Numbered from the stretch's first letter, positions 20,209 through 29,761 are shown. The stretch: 64,000 bases of DNA from an uncultured Clostridia bacterium (GCA_934167445.1 CAKPKJ010000005.1:3071-67070), one strand, 5' to 3'. Program-made: numbers and translations. The notes: generated by a model not told the origin, from the letters alone.

Positions 20209-20922
20209 CTATTTTAGTATTTTTTCTATTTCTTTTTTAGTTAGATATCTCCACTTTCCAAGTTCTATGTCTTTTACTCCAATACCGGCTATTTTGCTTC
20301 TATGTAGTGCAACTACCTTATGGCCAACTGCTTCACACATTTTTCTTATTTGCCTATTTTTTCCTTCATGTATTGTTATTTCTAGTCTTGACCTATTTTT
20401 TTCTGTGTCAGTTTTTAAGATTTTCACTTTTGCAGGCCTAGTTGTGTAATCATCTATTTTCACACCTTTTCTCAATTTTTCGACATTCTCATTACTAATT
20501 ATTCCCGCTATTGTTGCAGTATATGTTTTTTCAATTTCATGTTTTGGATGTGTTACTTTATATACAAAATCTCCATCATTTGTTAATATAAGTGCCCCTG
20601 AAGTATACATATCTAGCCTTCCAACCGGTACCACTCTTTGTTTTACCTTTACTAGGTCTAATACTGATTGTCTATTAAATTGATCTTTGGCTGTTGTTAC
20701 ATAGTCTATCGGCTTATTTAATAATATATACACATATTCTTGTGTTTCTTTTACTTCTCTACCATTATATATTACCTTATCTTTACTTGGGTCGACTTTA
20801 GTTCCTAATTCTGTAATAACCTTTCCATTTACTTGTACTTTTCCTTGCTTAATTAGTTCTTCTGATTTTCTTCTTGAAGCTACTCCACAATTAGCTAAAT
20901 ATTTTTGTAATCTTTCTTCCAT
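20209..20922 (-). CDS. rluB: RsuA/RluB-family rRNA pseudouridine synthase
   Basis: N-terminal S4 domain (RLQKYLANCGVASRRKSEELIKQGKVQVNG) and catalytic GRLDMYTSG motif. Confidence 0.85.
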   Translation of the reverse strand: MEERLQKYLANCGVASRRKSEELIKQGKVQVNGKVITELGTKVDPSKDKVIYNGREVKETQEYVYILLNKPIDYVTTAKDQFNRQSVLDLVKVKQRVVPVGRLDMYTSGALILTNDGDFVYKVTHPKHEIEKTYTATIAGIISNENVEKLRKGVKIDDYTTRPAKVKILKTDTEKNRSRLEITIHEGKNRQIRKMCEAVGHKVVALHRSKIAGIGVKDIELGKWRYLTKKEIEKILK

Positions 20923-21021
20923 TACGAATTATTTTCCTTCCTTGCTATCTTTTTTATTATATAAATTGATTCTAATAGTATTTTTTTACGTACATTAGGT
21001 TTATTAAAGCCTATAAAATTT

Positions 21022-21939
21022 TTAGTTATTTTCTTTTAATTCTTTTACAACCTTTTCAAAATATTCTGGCAATTTAGCCTCTAAGAACATTTTTTCTCCA
21101 GTTATTGGATGTTCAAATTTTAGGCTTTTAGAATGCAAGCATTGTCCTTTTATTCCCCATTTATTTTTACCATTTGAATATACACAATCTCCTATTACAG
21201 GATATCCTATTTGTGCTAAATGAACTCTTATTTGATGTGTTCTCCCGGTTTCTATTTTTACTTCTAATAGTGTACAATTGTCTTTTGGATACCTTTCCAA
21301 TACTTTAAAATTTGTAATAGCATTTTTTCCATTTTGAACAACCGCCATTTTCTTTCTATCTTTTTGGCTTCTTCCTATTGGCATATTTATAACCGCTTCA
21401 TTTTCTTTTACTAATCCTCTAACTAGTGCTATATATGTTTTTTCCACCTTATGATTTTTTATTTGTTCACTTAAATTTATATGTGATTTGTCATTTTTAG
21501 CAACCACTAAGATTCCTGATGTGTCTTTATCAAGTCTATGAACAATACCTGGTCTTATCTCCCCACCAATTCCTGATAATGAATCTTTACATATGTTCAT
21601 TAAGCTATTTACTAATGTTCCATCTGGATTACCACTTCCTGGATGTACAACTAATCCTTTAGGCTTATTTACCACAATTATATCTTTATCTTCATATATT
21701 ATTTCAACAGGGATATTTTGTGCTTTTAGTTCAATTTCTTTTGCTTGCTCTTCTTCTACTGTTATGCTATCTCCTTCTTGTACTTTATATGATGCTTTTA
21801 CTTTTTTGCCATTTACTAATATTTTTTCTTCTTTAATTAATCTTTGTACAGCTACTCTTGAAATATCTTCATCTTTTCCTGCTAAATAAGCATCTATTCT
21901 TTTCCCGGTTTCTTCATTTTCTACTATAAAAGTTTTCAA
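21022..21939 (-). CDS. rluD: RluA/RluD-family 23S rRNA pseudouridine synthase
   Basis: S4 domain, HRLDKDTSG catalytic motif and GRTHQIRVH motif. TTG start with an AGGAAGGA SD. Confidence 0.9.
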   Translation of the reverse strand: MKTFIVENEETGKRIDAYLAGKDEDISRVAVQRLIKEEKILVNGKKVKASYKVQEGDSITVEEEQAKEIELKAQNIPVEIIYEDKDIIVVNKPKGLVVHPGSGNPDGTLVNSLMNICKDSLSGIGGEIRPGIVHRLDKDTSGILVVAKNDKSHINLSEQIKNHKVEKTYIALVRGLVKENEAVINMPIGRSQKDRKKMAVVQNGKNAITNFKVLERYPKDNCTLLEVKIETGRTHQIRVHLAQIGYPVIGDCVYSNGKNKWGIKGQCLHSKSLKFEHPITGEKMFLEAKLPEYFEKVVKELKENN

Positions 21940-21988
21940 TTTTATTATCCTTCCTTTCCTAAAGCAACTATCGAGATTATAAAAATTA

Positions 21989-23764
21989 TTATTGTGTTAC
22001 ATCTTCTGTTTGTCTTTCATATACCACAAAATAGTTATCACTATATAATTCTTTTAATTTTGTATCATGCGTTTTTGTTATTATCATATTCATTTTTGAA
22101 TTTTTATAGCATATAATATGTGTTATTCCATATTTTTTGAATGTATCTTCATAAAATGTTCCTATATTTGAAGTATTTATAAAGTCCATAAATATATCTT
22201 CATCTTTCCCGCTAAATTCTGGAGCATATAAATCAGCTCTTGAGTCTATAAATACTGGTATTCCTCTAAATATCATATAACTTCCATAATTATATTCGTT
22301 ATAAAACTTTGCTTTTCCTAAATCTATATTTTCTAATATATAATCGCAAGCTTGTACAGGATATGCGCTTTCGTCAACATATTTTGCATCAAATTTATCT
22401 TCTGCCATATGATAGCTAAAACCTACCATTACAGCTGTAATTATTACCATAACTGGTACATTGACTACTTTAATAAATTGATCTTTTAGTTCTGATAGGC
22501 TTTCTTCTGTTCCTATTTGTAACAGTTCTGTAATTAGCCTATTTAAAATAAATGTTCCTATAAGTACAAACATTGTTACTTGTCTTTTGGTCATAAGCAT
22601 TAGGTAACATAAACCACCTAGCATAAATAAATCACATAATCTTATTTTAGTTTTTGTAAATATTAATATTGCTAAAAAGATTATAAGTACACATATTACT
22701 TCTGTTTCATTCGCTAATGTCATAGGTAAATGTTCATTTATATTTTGTGTGGTATTTCCTTGCATTGTTTTTTCAAGATACGTATATGGTGTATCTCCTA
22801 ATGGTGTTAAGAAACCTGTAAATGCACATATTACCATAATTAGTATTAGCCATTTTACATTATCTTTTTTTACTAATCTTATCTTATATGGATTTTGTAA
22901 TTCTTTTGTTCTTTTTATTTTTACTTTATCAATTGACTCTTCTAATTTCTTTAATTCTTCTTGTAATTGTTTGATTTTTTCCGGTTTTTCATTTTTCTTT
23001 GTTGCTGTTTTTATTTTAAACTTTAATCTTGTAACTGCAAATTTTCTGTATATTATTGTTTCTGCTAAAACTGCAATTATATATTCTCCTATATATGGTA
23101 AATATAATATAAAATAAAATGGAAATACTGCTAAGTGGAAATTTGCTAGTAATATTGGTATAATTATTAGTCCAACTGCATACCTTTTTTTCTTGGTCTC
23201 TAAGAATTTTTCTATAAAAAATACTGTTAACACAAATAATGTAAATGTTAGTAATTGTGCTCTTGCTGCTATATACCCTCTAATTAAATACATTGCTGCA
23301 ATTGTAATTACAAAAGAAACTCCCTGATTTTTCACAAGTTTTTTATTTGTAAAAAATATTGTTAGACCTAGTATTATTGATAGTGTGCAAGTCGTTATAT
23401 ATATTCCATTCATTCCAAATGAATTATAAATTAAATATGTTACAACATCATATAACCAATGTGGATATGTGTATGCTAAGTCTTGATGCCAAGAAAATGG
23501 GTCTTGCATATCAATTCCATTTTGCAATATATGTTCACCTATTTTTATTGTGTAAAATGTATCATTTTGTAATGTTACAGGTGTTAGTGCAACACAAAAA
23601 ATTGCTATTAAAACTACTACCATTATAGTGAATTTTATTCCACTTTTTACTTTTGATTTTTCTGGTAAATTTTCTTTATTCTCATTTGATTTTTCTTTTA
23701 CTTTTCCATTCTTTTTTGTTCTTTCTTTAAAGATTCCTATCATTATATTTATCAATCCTTTCAT
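21989..23764 (-). CDS. Large polytopic membrane protein; possibly a GT-C-type glycosyltransferase-like protein, function unknown
   Basis: 591 aa with more than 10 predicted TM segments, a K-rich cytoplasmic loop and a soluble C-terminal domain. No catalytic motif securely recognised. Confidence 0.55.
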   Translation of the reverse strand: MKGLINIMIGIFKERTKKNGKVKEKSNENKENLPEKSKVKSGIKFTIMVVVLIAIFCVALTPVTLQNDTFYTIKIGEHILQNGIDMQDPFSWHQDLAYTYPHWLYDVVTYLIYNSFGMNGIYITTCTLSIILGLTIFFTNKKLVKNQGVSFVITIAAMYLIRGYIAARAQLLTFTLFVLTVFFIEKFLETKKKRYAVGLIIIPILLANFHLAVFPFYFILYLPYIGEYIIAVLAETIIYRKFAVTRLKFKIKTATKKNEKPEKIKQLQEELKKLEESIDKVKIKRTKELQNPYKIRLVKKDNVKWLILIMVICAFTGFLTPLGDTPYTYLEKTMQGNTTQNINEHLPMTLANETEVICVLIIFLAILIFTKTKIRLCDLFMLGGLCYLMLMTKRQVTMFVLIGTFILNRLITELLQIGTEESLSELKDQFIKVVNVPVMVIITAVMVGFSYHMAEDKFDAKYVDESAYPVQACDYILENIDLGKAKFYNEYNYGSYMIFRGIPVFIDSRADLYAPEFSGKDEDIFMDFINTSNIGTFYEDTFKKYGITHIICYKNSKMNMIITKTHDTKLKELYSDNYFVVYERQTEDVTQ

Positions 23765-23790
23765 TGCATATAAATCTTTATTATTATATC

Positions 23791-23828
23791 AAAAAAAGTT
23801 TCAAAAGACTAGCTTTTTGAAACTTTTT
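23791..23828. terminator. Palindromic terminator between the SSB-like gene and the membrane-protein gene
   Basis: AAAAGTTTCAAAA (23794-23806) pairs with TTTTGAAACTTTT (23815-23827). Confidence 0.6.
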
Positions 23829-23853
23829 ATATAATAGAAACTTTTAACTTTTA

Positions 23854-24555
23854 CTATACAGCTTCTTGATTTTCTGTTGACACTTCTTGCTCATTATTAT
23901 GTTCTTCTATAACTTCTAAACTTCCTACTGAAACTTCATATGCAACCCTTACTTCAACTGTTCCATCATCATGTTTTTTCTCATATTGTCTTGATTGAAC
24001 TCTTCCTACTACCTTTACTTGAGTTCCAACTTCTATATCTTGGCAGAATCTTGCATTTCTTCCCCAAGCTATACAAGGTATATAATCTGATTTATTATAT
24101 GCTCTGTTCACTGCTAATAATAAATCTGATATTTCTCTTCCGAATGGTGTTTGTCTATAAATTGGTTTTTTACATATGTAACCAACTAATACAACTTCGT
24201 TTGTTATTGTATCTTTTTTTACCATTTCATTTTCTTCGTCTTCTTCTTTTTCTTCTACTTCAACGATATCTTTAGCAAATACTGTTAATATTAATCTATT
24301 TTTTTCGTTTTCATAGCTGTTGTAAGATCTAAATTGTCCCTTTACTAATAATTGATGTCCTTCTTGTAATGTTTCTTCTTTTATTAATCTTTCTGAAACA
24401 GTAATTGGTATAATATCACTATTTCCGCTTAAACGTGGTATTTCTAGATTAAATACATAAAATCTTTCTCCATAAATTTCGTGGCTAAATCTTTTTTCTC
24501 CTGTAACTTTTCCAACTAATGTTAAATAGTTGTTTTCTAAATAATTTGTATTCAA
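23854..24555 (-). CDS. SSB-family protein with two OB folds and an acidic C-terminal tail
   Basis: Two SSB-like segments (LTLVGKVTGEKRFSH...LLVKGQFRSYN and VVLVGYICKKPIYRQT...VKVVGRVQSRQYEKK). TTG start with a GGAGGAG SD. Confidence 0.6.
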   Translation of the reverse strand: MNTNYLENNYLTLVGKVTGEKRFSHEIYGERFYVFNLEIPRLSGNSDIIPITVSERLIKEETLQEGHQLLVKGQFRSYNSYENEKNRLILTVFAKDIVEVEEKEEDEENEMVKKDTITNEVVLVGYICKKPIYRQTPFGREISDLLLAVNRAYNKSDYIPCIAWGRNARFCQDIEVGTQVKVVGRVQSRQYEKKHDDGTVEVRVAYEVSVGSLEVIEEHNNEQEVSTENQEAV

Positions 24556-24665
24556 CTTAAACTCCTCCTATATTTTATATTTATCAATTGTACTTTTTTC
24601 TTTACGCTCTCGTTAACTACAATTCTTATTATACAACACTTTTTCGGTTTTGTCTACATAAAAAG

Positions 24666-25205
24666 TTAATTTTCTTCAAAAAAGTTAGTTTTTTCCAGTG
24701 TTTGCTCCATTATGGGTATTTGTTTTATTAAAAATATACTGTATATTATTAATACTTCATATATTTTTGGATTACCTTCTTCTCTTACTCTTACAACCTC
24801 TTCCCCGATTTCTTTTGTCTTTCCATTTAAACATTTTAGGTTTCTTTGCAAATATATTAAAATACTACTTTCAGTTATACTAGAAATTGTTATTGTTGCC
24901 CTTCTATTTAATCCATATGTTATTACTGTTGATTTAAAATTATAAATATTGAAGTCTGTATTTATATCTGTATTTATTACTACATATTTTGCTACATCAC
25001 ACATATGTTTTATCGTACACAATTCATTTATAAAATCATTTAAACTTAAATCTATTATTATCGTTTCAAATTTTATATTTTTTATGTTTCCTATACTCTT
25101 TTTGCTTATATGAATTAATTTAGTATCTTTAACAAGATTCTTTTCTAACACATTTTTTATATTTTCAAAAGTGTTGTTTTCTGAAATTATCCCAATAAAA
25201 GTCAT
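24666..25205 (-). CDS. Hypothetical protein (179 aa)
   Basis: Intact ORF with host-like composition. No motif recognised. Confidence 0.45.
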   Translation of the reverse strand: MTFIGIISENNTFENIKNVLEKNLVKDTKLIHISKKSIGNIKNIKFETIIIDLSLNDFINELCTIKHMCDVAKYVVINTDINTDFNIYNFKSTVITYGLNRRATITISSITESSILIYLQRNLKCLNGKTKEIGEEVVRVREEGNPKIYEVLIIYSIFLIKQIPIMEQTLEKTNFFEEN

Positions 25206-25263
25206 TTTATAATCCCCTTAAAACTTGTATAAATATTTTTCCCTCATATTCCATATTTATACA

Positions 25264-26031
25264 TTAATTTTTTATTTGTGTTCCATTAAAATTAATTTCA
25301 TAATTTTCTTTGTAAATTAAGTCAGATACCTTTACAATTTCTAAACCTTTTTGTTTGATGTTTTTTATAATCATATCTAAACTATCTGCTGTATGCTCAG
25401 TTCCATTATGACTTAATATAATATCCCCAGCTTTTGCTTTTTCTATTCTTTTCCACATTTTATCCCCTGTTAGTCCAGTATAATCTAATGTATCTAAATT
25501 CCATTGAATTACCTTGTATCCATTATCTTGAGCAGCACTAATTACCGTGTTATTATATTCTCCATATGGTGGCCTATATAATGTTGTTTTTTGACCTGTT
25601 ATTTTTTCAATTTTTTCTACAGATTCTTTTATTTCCTTTACATTTTCTTCATATGATAAATTCGCAACTTTGGGGTGTGTGTTACTATGGCTTGCAATTT
25701 CATTTCCCGCTTCTGCTATCTTTTTGGCAGCCTCTGGATATTTGTCTAACCAGTCTCCTACTACAAAAAATGTTATTTTTACATTGTTATTTTTTAGAGT
25801 TTCTAATATTGAATCTACATCATCTGCATTCCATGCACAATTCATTGTTAATGCTACTTTGCTTTCTTCTGTTTTTACATTGTATATTGGAAGTAATTTC
25901 CCGGTGTTTGCTGATGTTTCCATTGTTTCATTGTTTCCATTCATTCCGCTTGCTACGCAGAATAAAAAAATAACTGTAAAAACAGATACTCCATATGCTA
26001 TTATTTTTTGTTTGTTAAGTACAAAAAACAT
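25264..26031 (-). CDS. Polysaccharide deacetylase (NodB homology domain; PdaA/PdaB-like)
   Basis: Signal/TM segment, then TMNCAWN..D, TFFVVGDW and HSNTHP motifs. I prefer the ATG at 26029-26031, with GGAGG 8 nt upstream. Confidence 0.85.
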   Translation of the reverse strand: MFFVLNKQKIIAYGVSVFTVIFLFCVASGMNGNNETMETSANTGKLLPIYNVKTEESKVALTMNCAWNADDVDSILETLKNNNVKITFFVVGDWLDKYPEAAKKIAEAGNEIASHSNTHPKVANLSYEENVKEIKESVEKIEKITGQKTTLYRPPYGEYNNTVISAAQDNGYKVIQWNLDTLDYTGLTGDKMWKRIEKAKAGDIILSHNGTEHTADSLDMIIKNIKQKGLEIVKVSDLIYKENYEINFNGTQIKN

Positions 26032-26097
26032 ATATATAACCTCCATATTTTATGTTTCTTTTTAATATATATGTTTTTATATGGATTTTATTCTTGT

Positions 26098-26133
26098 ATT
26101 TCGCAAAATGAAAAAAATTACTTTTTGCGAAAT
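26098..26133. promoter_or_regulatory. Perfect 11-bp inverted repeat in a divergent promoter region (candidate operator)
   Basis: ATTTCGCAAAA (26098-26108) and TTTTGCGAAAT (26123-26133) are separated by 14 nt. They lie between the deacetylase gene and the Cys-rich gene. Confidence 0.4.
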
Positions 26134-26217
26134 GGCTTTACTGTTATTCAACTTTTTATTTATTTTTCATATGATATATAAACAGCATATATGTTGTTTA
26201 TAGAAAGGATGAGATAT

Positions 26218-26691
26218 ATGGAAATGGATAATAAAGGTCGTTGCCCAATTCTTGATATTGATGGTGTTATTTCTGGCGGAAAACAATTTGACTTAGATAT
26301 AACTTTACCAGAAGATAACCGTGATGTTATGTATGGTGTTGTTAGAAATTGTTTTAAAGAACCAGTAGAAAATGCAGTAGTTAAATTAGTTGAAGTTGTT
26401 TGTGATAAAGGAAAAGATGAAAGAAGACCAATAGGTCATACTTTTACAGACAAAGAAGGCGAGTTTGTTTTTGGCCCTTTATGCCCTGGAAAACAATATG
26501 CTCTTCAAATTTGGGTAAACAATACTAAAAAAATTAAAGTTTGTGCAAAATGCCACCACGAAGGAACTTGCTTAAAAGGCGATAAATGTGATAAGTGTGA
26601 CTGTTATTTAGAGGATAAAAGAGACGATTGTGATTGTAAAAAAGATGAGCATTTTCTAAAAGAAGCTGATTTTAAGGATTTGAATTTCTAG
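26218..26691 (+). CDS. Small protein with a carboxypeptidase-regulatory-like (prealbumin-type) beta domain and a Cys/Asp/Lys-rich tail; possible spore-surface protein
   Basis: YGVVRNCFKEPVENAVVKLVE...FTDKEGEFVFGPLCPGKQYALQIW resembles CarboxypepD_reg-type domains. The tail is CAKCHHEGTCLKGDKCDKCDCYLEDKRDDCDCKK. A CATATGATA element upstream resembles a sigma-K -10. The functional guess is weak. Confidence 0.5.
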   Translation: MEMDNKGRCPILDIDGVISGGKQFDLDITLPEDNRDVMYGVVRNCFKEPVENAVVKLVEVVCDKGKDERRPIGHTFTDKEGEFVFGPLCPGKQYALQIWVNNTKKIKVCAKCHHEGTCLKGDKCDKCDCYLEDKRDDCDCKKDEHFLKEADFKDLNF

Positions 26692-26741
26692 TTATTTTTA
26701 TTTTTTTAACTTTATAATACAAATATAAACAAAGTAAGATT

Positions 26742-26786
26742 AAACCTTCTTGTGTAGAACGAATTGCATAAGAAGGTTTGTTTTAT
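26742..26786 (+). terminator. Terminator after the Cys-rich gene
   Basis: AAACCTTCTT (26742-26751) pairs with AAGAAGGTTT (26770-26779), followed by GTTTTAT. Confidence 0.5.
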
Positions 26787-26808
26787 ACATTTGATCGAAA
26801 CTATAATT

Positions 26809-27867
26809 TTAAATTTTAGATTTTAATTTTTCTAATTCTTCGTCTGTTAAGCCTGTTGCTTTTTTTATTTGTTCAGATGATATTTTCATATTTATTAAAT
26901 TTTGTGCTACTTGTATTATTCCATTTTTTCTGCCAAGCTCTTTGCCTCGTCTTTCACCTCGTCTTTCACCAATTTTTTCACTGTTTTTTCTCTTTATTCT
27001 GTTTTCTCTTGCTAACATATCACATACTGCTAATCCATACATTTGACCATCTCCTTCTTTCCTTGTTTTTTCTACCTTTTCTAATTGTTCTTTCATCTCT
27101 TTAATGCTTATCTTCGGTAATAGTATTTTTATAATGTTATTTTCAAATTCTTCTTTTGCTTCTTTTGTTATTTTCCCTTGTTTTTCTTCTTCCTGTAATT
27201 TTTCTACTATTTTTATAAAGTTTTCTTTTACTTCTTCTTCGTTCTTAGATTTTTCTAATAAAAATATTTTTTCTAAAAAGTTGTTACTTTCTAATAGTTC
27301 TTGGTTTGAGTATTTATTTACATCTTCTAAGGCATAAAAACTATTGATTCCTAACTGTTCTTTTAGGTACGTTTCGCATTGTTCTTGTACTTGTAATAAA
27401 TTTTGTGTTACTTTCCATTTTCCTGAACCTGTATAGATTACTACTGCTATTATTAATGGAACTTTGTAACTCTTTTGTTTTATTCCTTCCCTGTCTACAT
27501 TGCTTTTTAATATTTCACTTTTATATTCAAATATTCTATATGGCATTGAGTAATCTACTTTTCGTTGATGTTCAATTAGGAAAAATACATTATTATTCTT
27601 AAATTTATAGACCACATCTGCTTCTCTTATTTCAAAAAAGTCTGTTATATATTCTTTATTGTAATTTATTAAATCATCTGGTTTTATTGGTTCACACAGC
27701 TTTATTGCTCTATTTATAAATTCTGCTGCTTCCTTCTTATTTTCTAATATTTTCTTTACCATTTTATCGTGTTCGTGATGTATTTTGCTATGAGTATGAA
27801 TAAATGCTTGAGCAAGATTTATATCATCTTGAAGCTTTTCTTTTAATCCTTTTGGTAGATTATGCAT
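26809..27867 (-). CDS. Rpn/YhgA-like PD-(D/E)XK recombination-promoting nuclease (transposase_31 family)
   Basis: N-terminal HDKMVKKIL motif, core ...ADVVYKFKNNNVFFLIEHQRKVDYSMPYRIFEY, and a C-terminal helical repeat (GERRGERRGKELG...IKKATGLTDEELEKL) typical of this family. Confidence 0.75.
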   Translation of the reverse strand: MHNLPKGLKEKLQDDINLAQAFIHTHSKIHHEHDKMVKKILENKKEAAEFINRAIKLCEPIKPDDLINYNKEYITDFFEIREADVVYKFKNNNVFFLIEHQRKVDYSMPYRIFEYKSEILKSNVDREGIKQKSYKVPLIIAVVIYTGSGKWKVTQNLLQVQEQCETYLKEQLGINSFYALEDVNKYSNQELLESNNFLEKIFLLEKSKNEEEVKENFIKIVEKLQEEEKQGKITKEAKEEFENNIIKILLPKISIKEMKEQLEKVEKTRKEGDGQMYGLAVCDMLARENRIKRKNSEKIGERRGERRGKELGRKNGIIQVAQNLINMKISSEQIKKATGLTDEELEKLKSKI

Positions 27868-28215
27868 AATATTTCTATTTATATATGTTATTTTTTCTCT
27901 ATTTTCTATAGCTTTTACCTCCTTCTATTATAATTAAATTTTATTATATGAGCAATTTTTATCTTTTTGTCTAATTTAGCAATTTCATATAAAAAGCTCA
28001 TATTTTCTTTCTTTTATTTGCTTTTTCTTTTGTTTACTATGTTATTTGAATTTTGAATATTTAGATAAAATTTGAGTTGAACTTTTGAATATTAATTAAT
28101 CCTAAAAATAAATTTTACAATATAACTAATAAACGACTTTTAAAATTTGAATAAATATTTGAATATAAGTTACAAATATTGTAACCGGCAATAAACAAGT
28201 TGTCAACAAAAATCG

Positions 28216-28232
28216 TTCGACATTGTTCGACA
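28216..28232. promoter_or_regulatory. Two tandem perfect Spo0A boxes (TTCGACA is the reverse complement of TGTCGAA), 10 bp apart centre to centre
   Basis: cgTTCGACAttgTTCGACAttt: box 1 at 28216-28222 and box 2 at 28226-28232. They lie in the 735-bp AT-rich gap between the Rpn gene and the pilin-signal gene. spo0A itself is in this window. Confidence 0.5.
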
Positions 28233-28368
28233 TTTAAAACTCAAAAATGCTTGATATTGCTGTTTTTTAGTTGCATTTATTTTCGTAATCTCTTATTTTT
28301 TATTAATTTTCAATTCATTTTGCGTTAAAAAATTTATGCTAAAAGATGACTTTTTTGTCGTGAAACCA

Positions 28369-28397
28369 TTGACTAAAAATAAATTTATTTATAAAAT
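28369..28397 (+). promoter_or_regulatory. Candidate sigma-A promoter upstream of 28603-29733
   Basis: TTGACT (28369-28374), a 17-nt spacer, then TAAAAT (28392-28397). AT-rich DNA gives many chance matches. Confidence 0.3.
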
Positions 28398-28602
28398 ATA
28401 TGCTGTAATAAATACTTCAATTGGCCAAACTATCTACTTAATTTAATAATATTTTTTCATTCAGAAAAGCTAATAATACCAAAGAAAACTGTAAATAATA
28501 ATGTTGAAAGATTTTCTACAAATAAGAAAATATTATTATATTAAAATGTTAAATGAAAAACTAAGTGAAGTAGGAAATCAAAAGAAAAAAGGAGAATTTT
28601 AA

Positions 28603-29733
28603 ATGCACAAAAATTCATTTTTTAATAAGTTAAATTTAAATATTAATAACCAAAATATTAGAGGAATTACATTAATTGCATTGGTTATAACAATTGTAGT
28701 GTTGCTTATCTTGGCTGGTGTTTCAATTGCAATGCTATCAGGACAGAATGGAATATTAACGCAGGCTCAAAATGTAAAACAGGTAACAGAAGAATCAAGT
28801 GAACACGAAAAAAGACAATTATCACAAGTAGAAGCAAGTACACATTTAGAAAATTATGATTATACAGACTCAGAAGGAAATACAGCAAAAATTCCAGCAG
28901 GATTTGCAGTATCAAATGTAGAAGGAGAAAACTTAGTAAGTAAAGGGCTTGTAATAATAGGAAAAACTGGAAATGAATATGTATGGATACCCTGTACAAA
29001 AGACACTTATAAAAGAGAAGAAACAGCTTGGGGCATCGAAAATGATCCAACAGATAATCCAACAAAAGCACTAAAAGATGAATTAACTTTAACAGGACTA
29101 ACACCATCTAAAGTGGAGTCAGATAATGGAATAACAACAACAGTTTTAAATGAAATAGTAGCACAAGTAAATAGTGAAATAGCAAGTGTAAATGCAAATG
29201 GAGGATATTATATCGGAAGATATGAAACTGGAAAAGAAAATAATATAGCAGTAGTAAAACAAAAACAAGTCCCCTATACAAATATAAAATGGAGTCAAGC
29301 TTATATACTAGCAAAAGGAATAGATGTAGGAAGTAAGGCAACGTCATATTTATGTTCAAGTTATGCTTGGGATACAGCAATAAAGTTTATACAAACACAT
29401 AGCACTGCAACAAATTATGCTACAACAAGAAAAAACTTTAATGAAAACTGGCAAGATAGAGAAGTAAAAGACAAAAATGGGAATGCAATTAAAAAATCTG
29501 ATACCGCAACAAGATTAAATACAGGATTAACTACAGCAAAATCAAATATTTATGACCTGGGAGGAAATGTAACAGAATTTACTACGGAATTGAATCCTAA
29601 TACATCCGAAGCCGTGGTGTTGCGTGGAGGTGCCTACAACACCTTCGGAAGTCCAGCTGGATTCCGTTGGGACGATATTTCCGGTGATGTGTGGGATGGC
29701 TACGGTTTCCGTTCTACTTTATTCTTGAAATAG
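28603..29733 (+). CDS. Secreted or anchored protein: prepilin-like N-terminal helix (no Glu5) fused to an FGE-sulfatase / C-type-lectin-fold domain
   Basis: AAGGAGA SD. N-terminus ...RGITLIALVITIVVLLILAGVSIAMLSGQNGILTQAQ. C-terminal half GGYYIGRYETG...CSSYAWDTAIKFIQ...YDLGGNVTEFTTE...VLRGGAYN...GFRWD...GYGFRS follows the FGE/SUMF1 pattern (RGGxx...GFR). Confidence 0.8.
   Translation: MHKNSFFNKLNLNINNQNIRGITLIALVITIVVLLILAGVSIAMLSGQNGILTQAQNVKQVTEESSEHEKRQLSQVEASTHLENYDYTDSEGNTAKIPAGFAVSNVEGENLVSKGLVIIGKTGNEYVWIPCTKDTYKREETAWGIENDPTDNPTKALKDELTLTGLTPSKVESDNGITTTVLNEIVAQVNSEIASVNANGGYYIGRYETGKENNIAVVKQKQVPYTNIKWSQAYILAKGIDVGSKATSYLCSSYAWDTAIKFIQTHSTATNYATTRKNFNENWQDREVKDKNGNAIKKSDTATRLNTGLTTAKSNIYDLGGNVTEFTTELNPNTSEAVVLRGGAYNTFGSPAGFRWDDISGDVWDGYGFRSTLFLK
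29600..29720 (+). other. Adenine-depleted, GC-rich segment at the gene's 3' end; candidate DGR variable region (VR)
   Basis: Hand count over 29611-29715 gives about 14 % A and about 56 % G+C in a genome that is mostly under 30 % GC. Scaffold codons avoid A entirely (GCC GTG GTG TTG CGT GG.; TTC CGT TGG; GGT TTC CGT TCT). Arg is CGT three times here, whereas the Arg codons I checked further upstream in the same gene are AGA. Confidence 0.5.
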
Positions 29734-29761
29734 CTTCTGTGTTATTTCTTTTAACTTTAAT

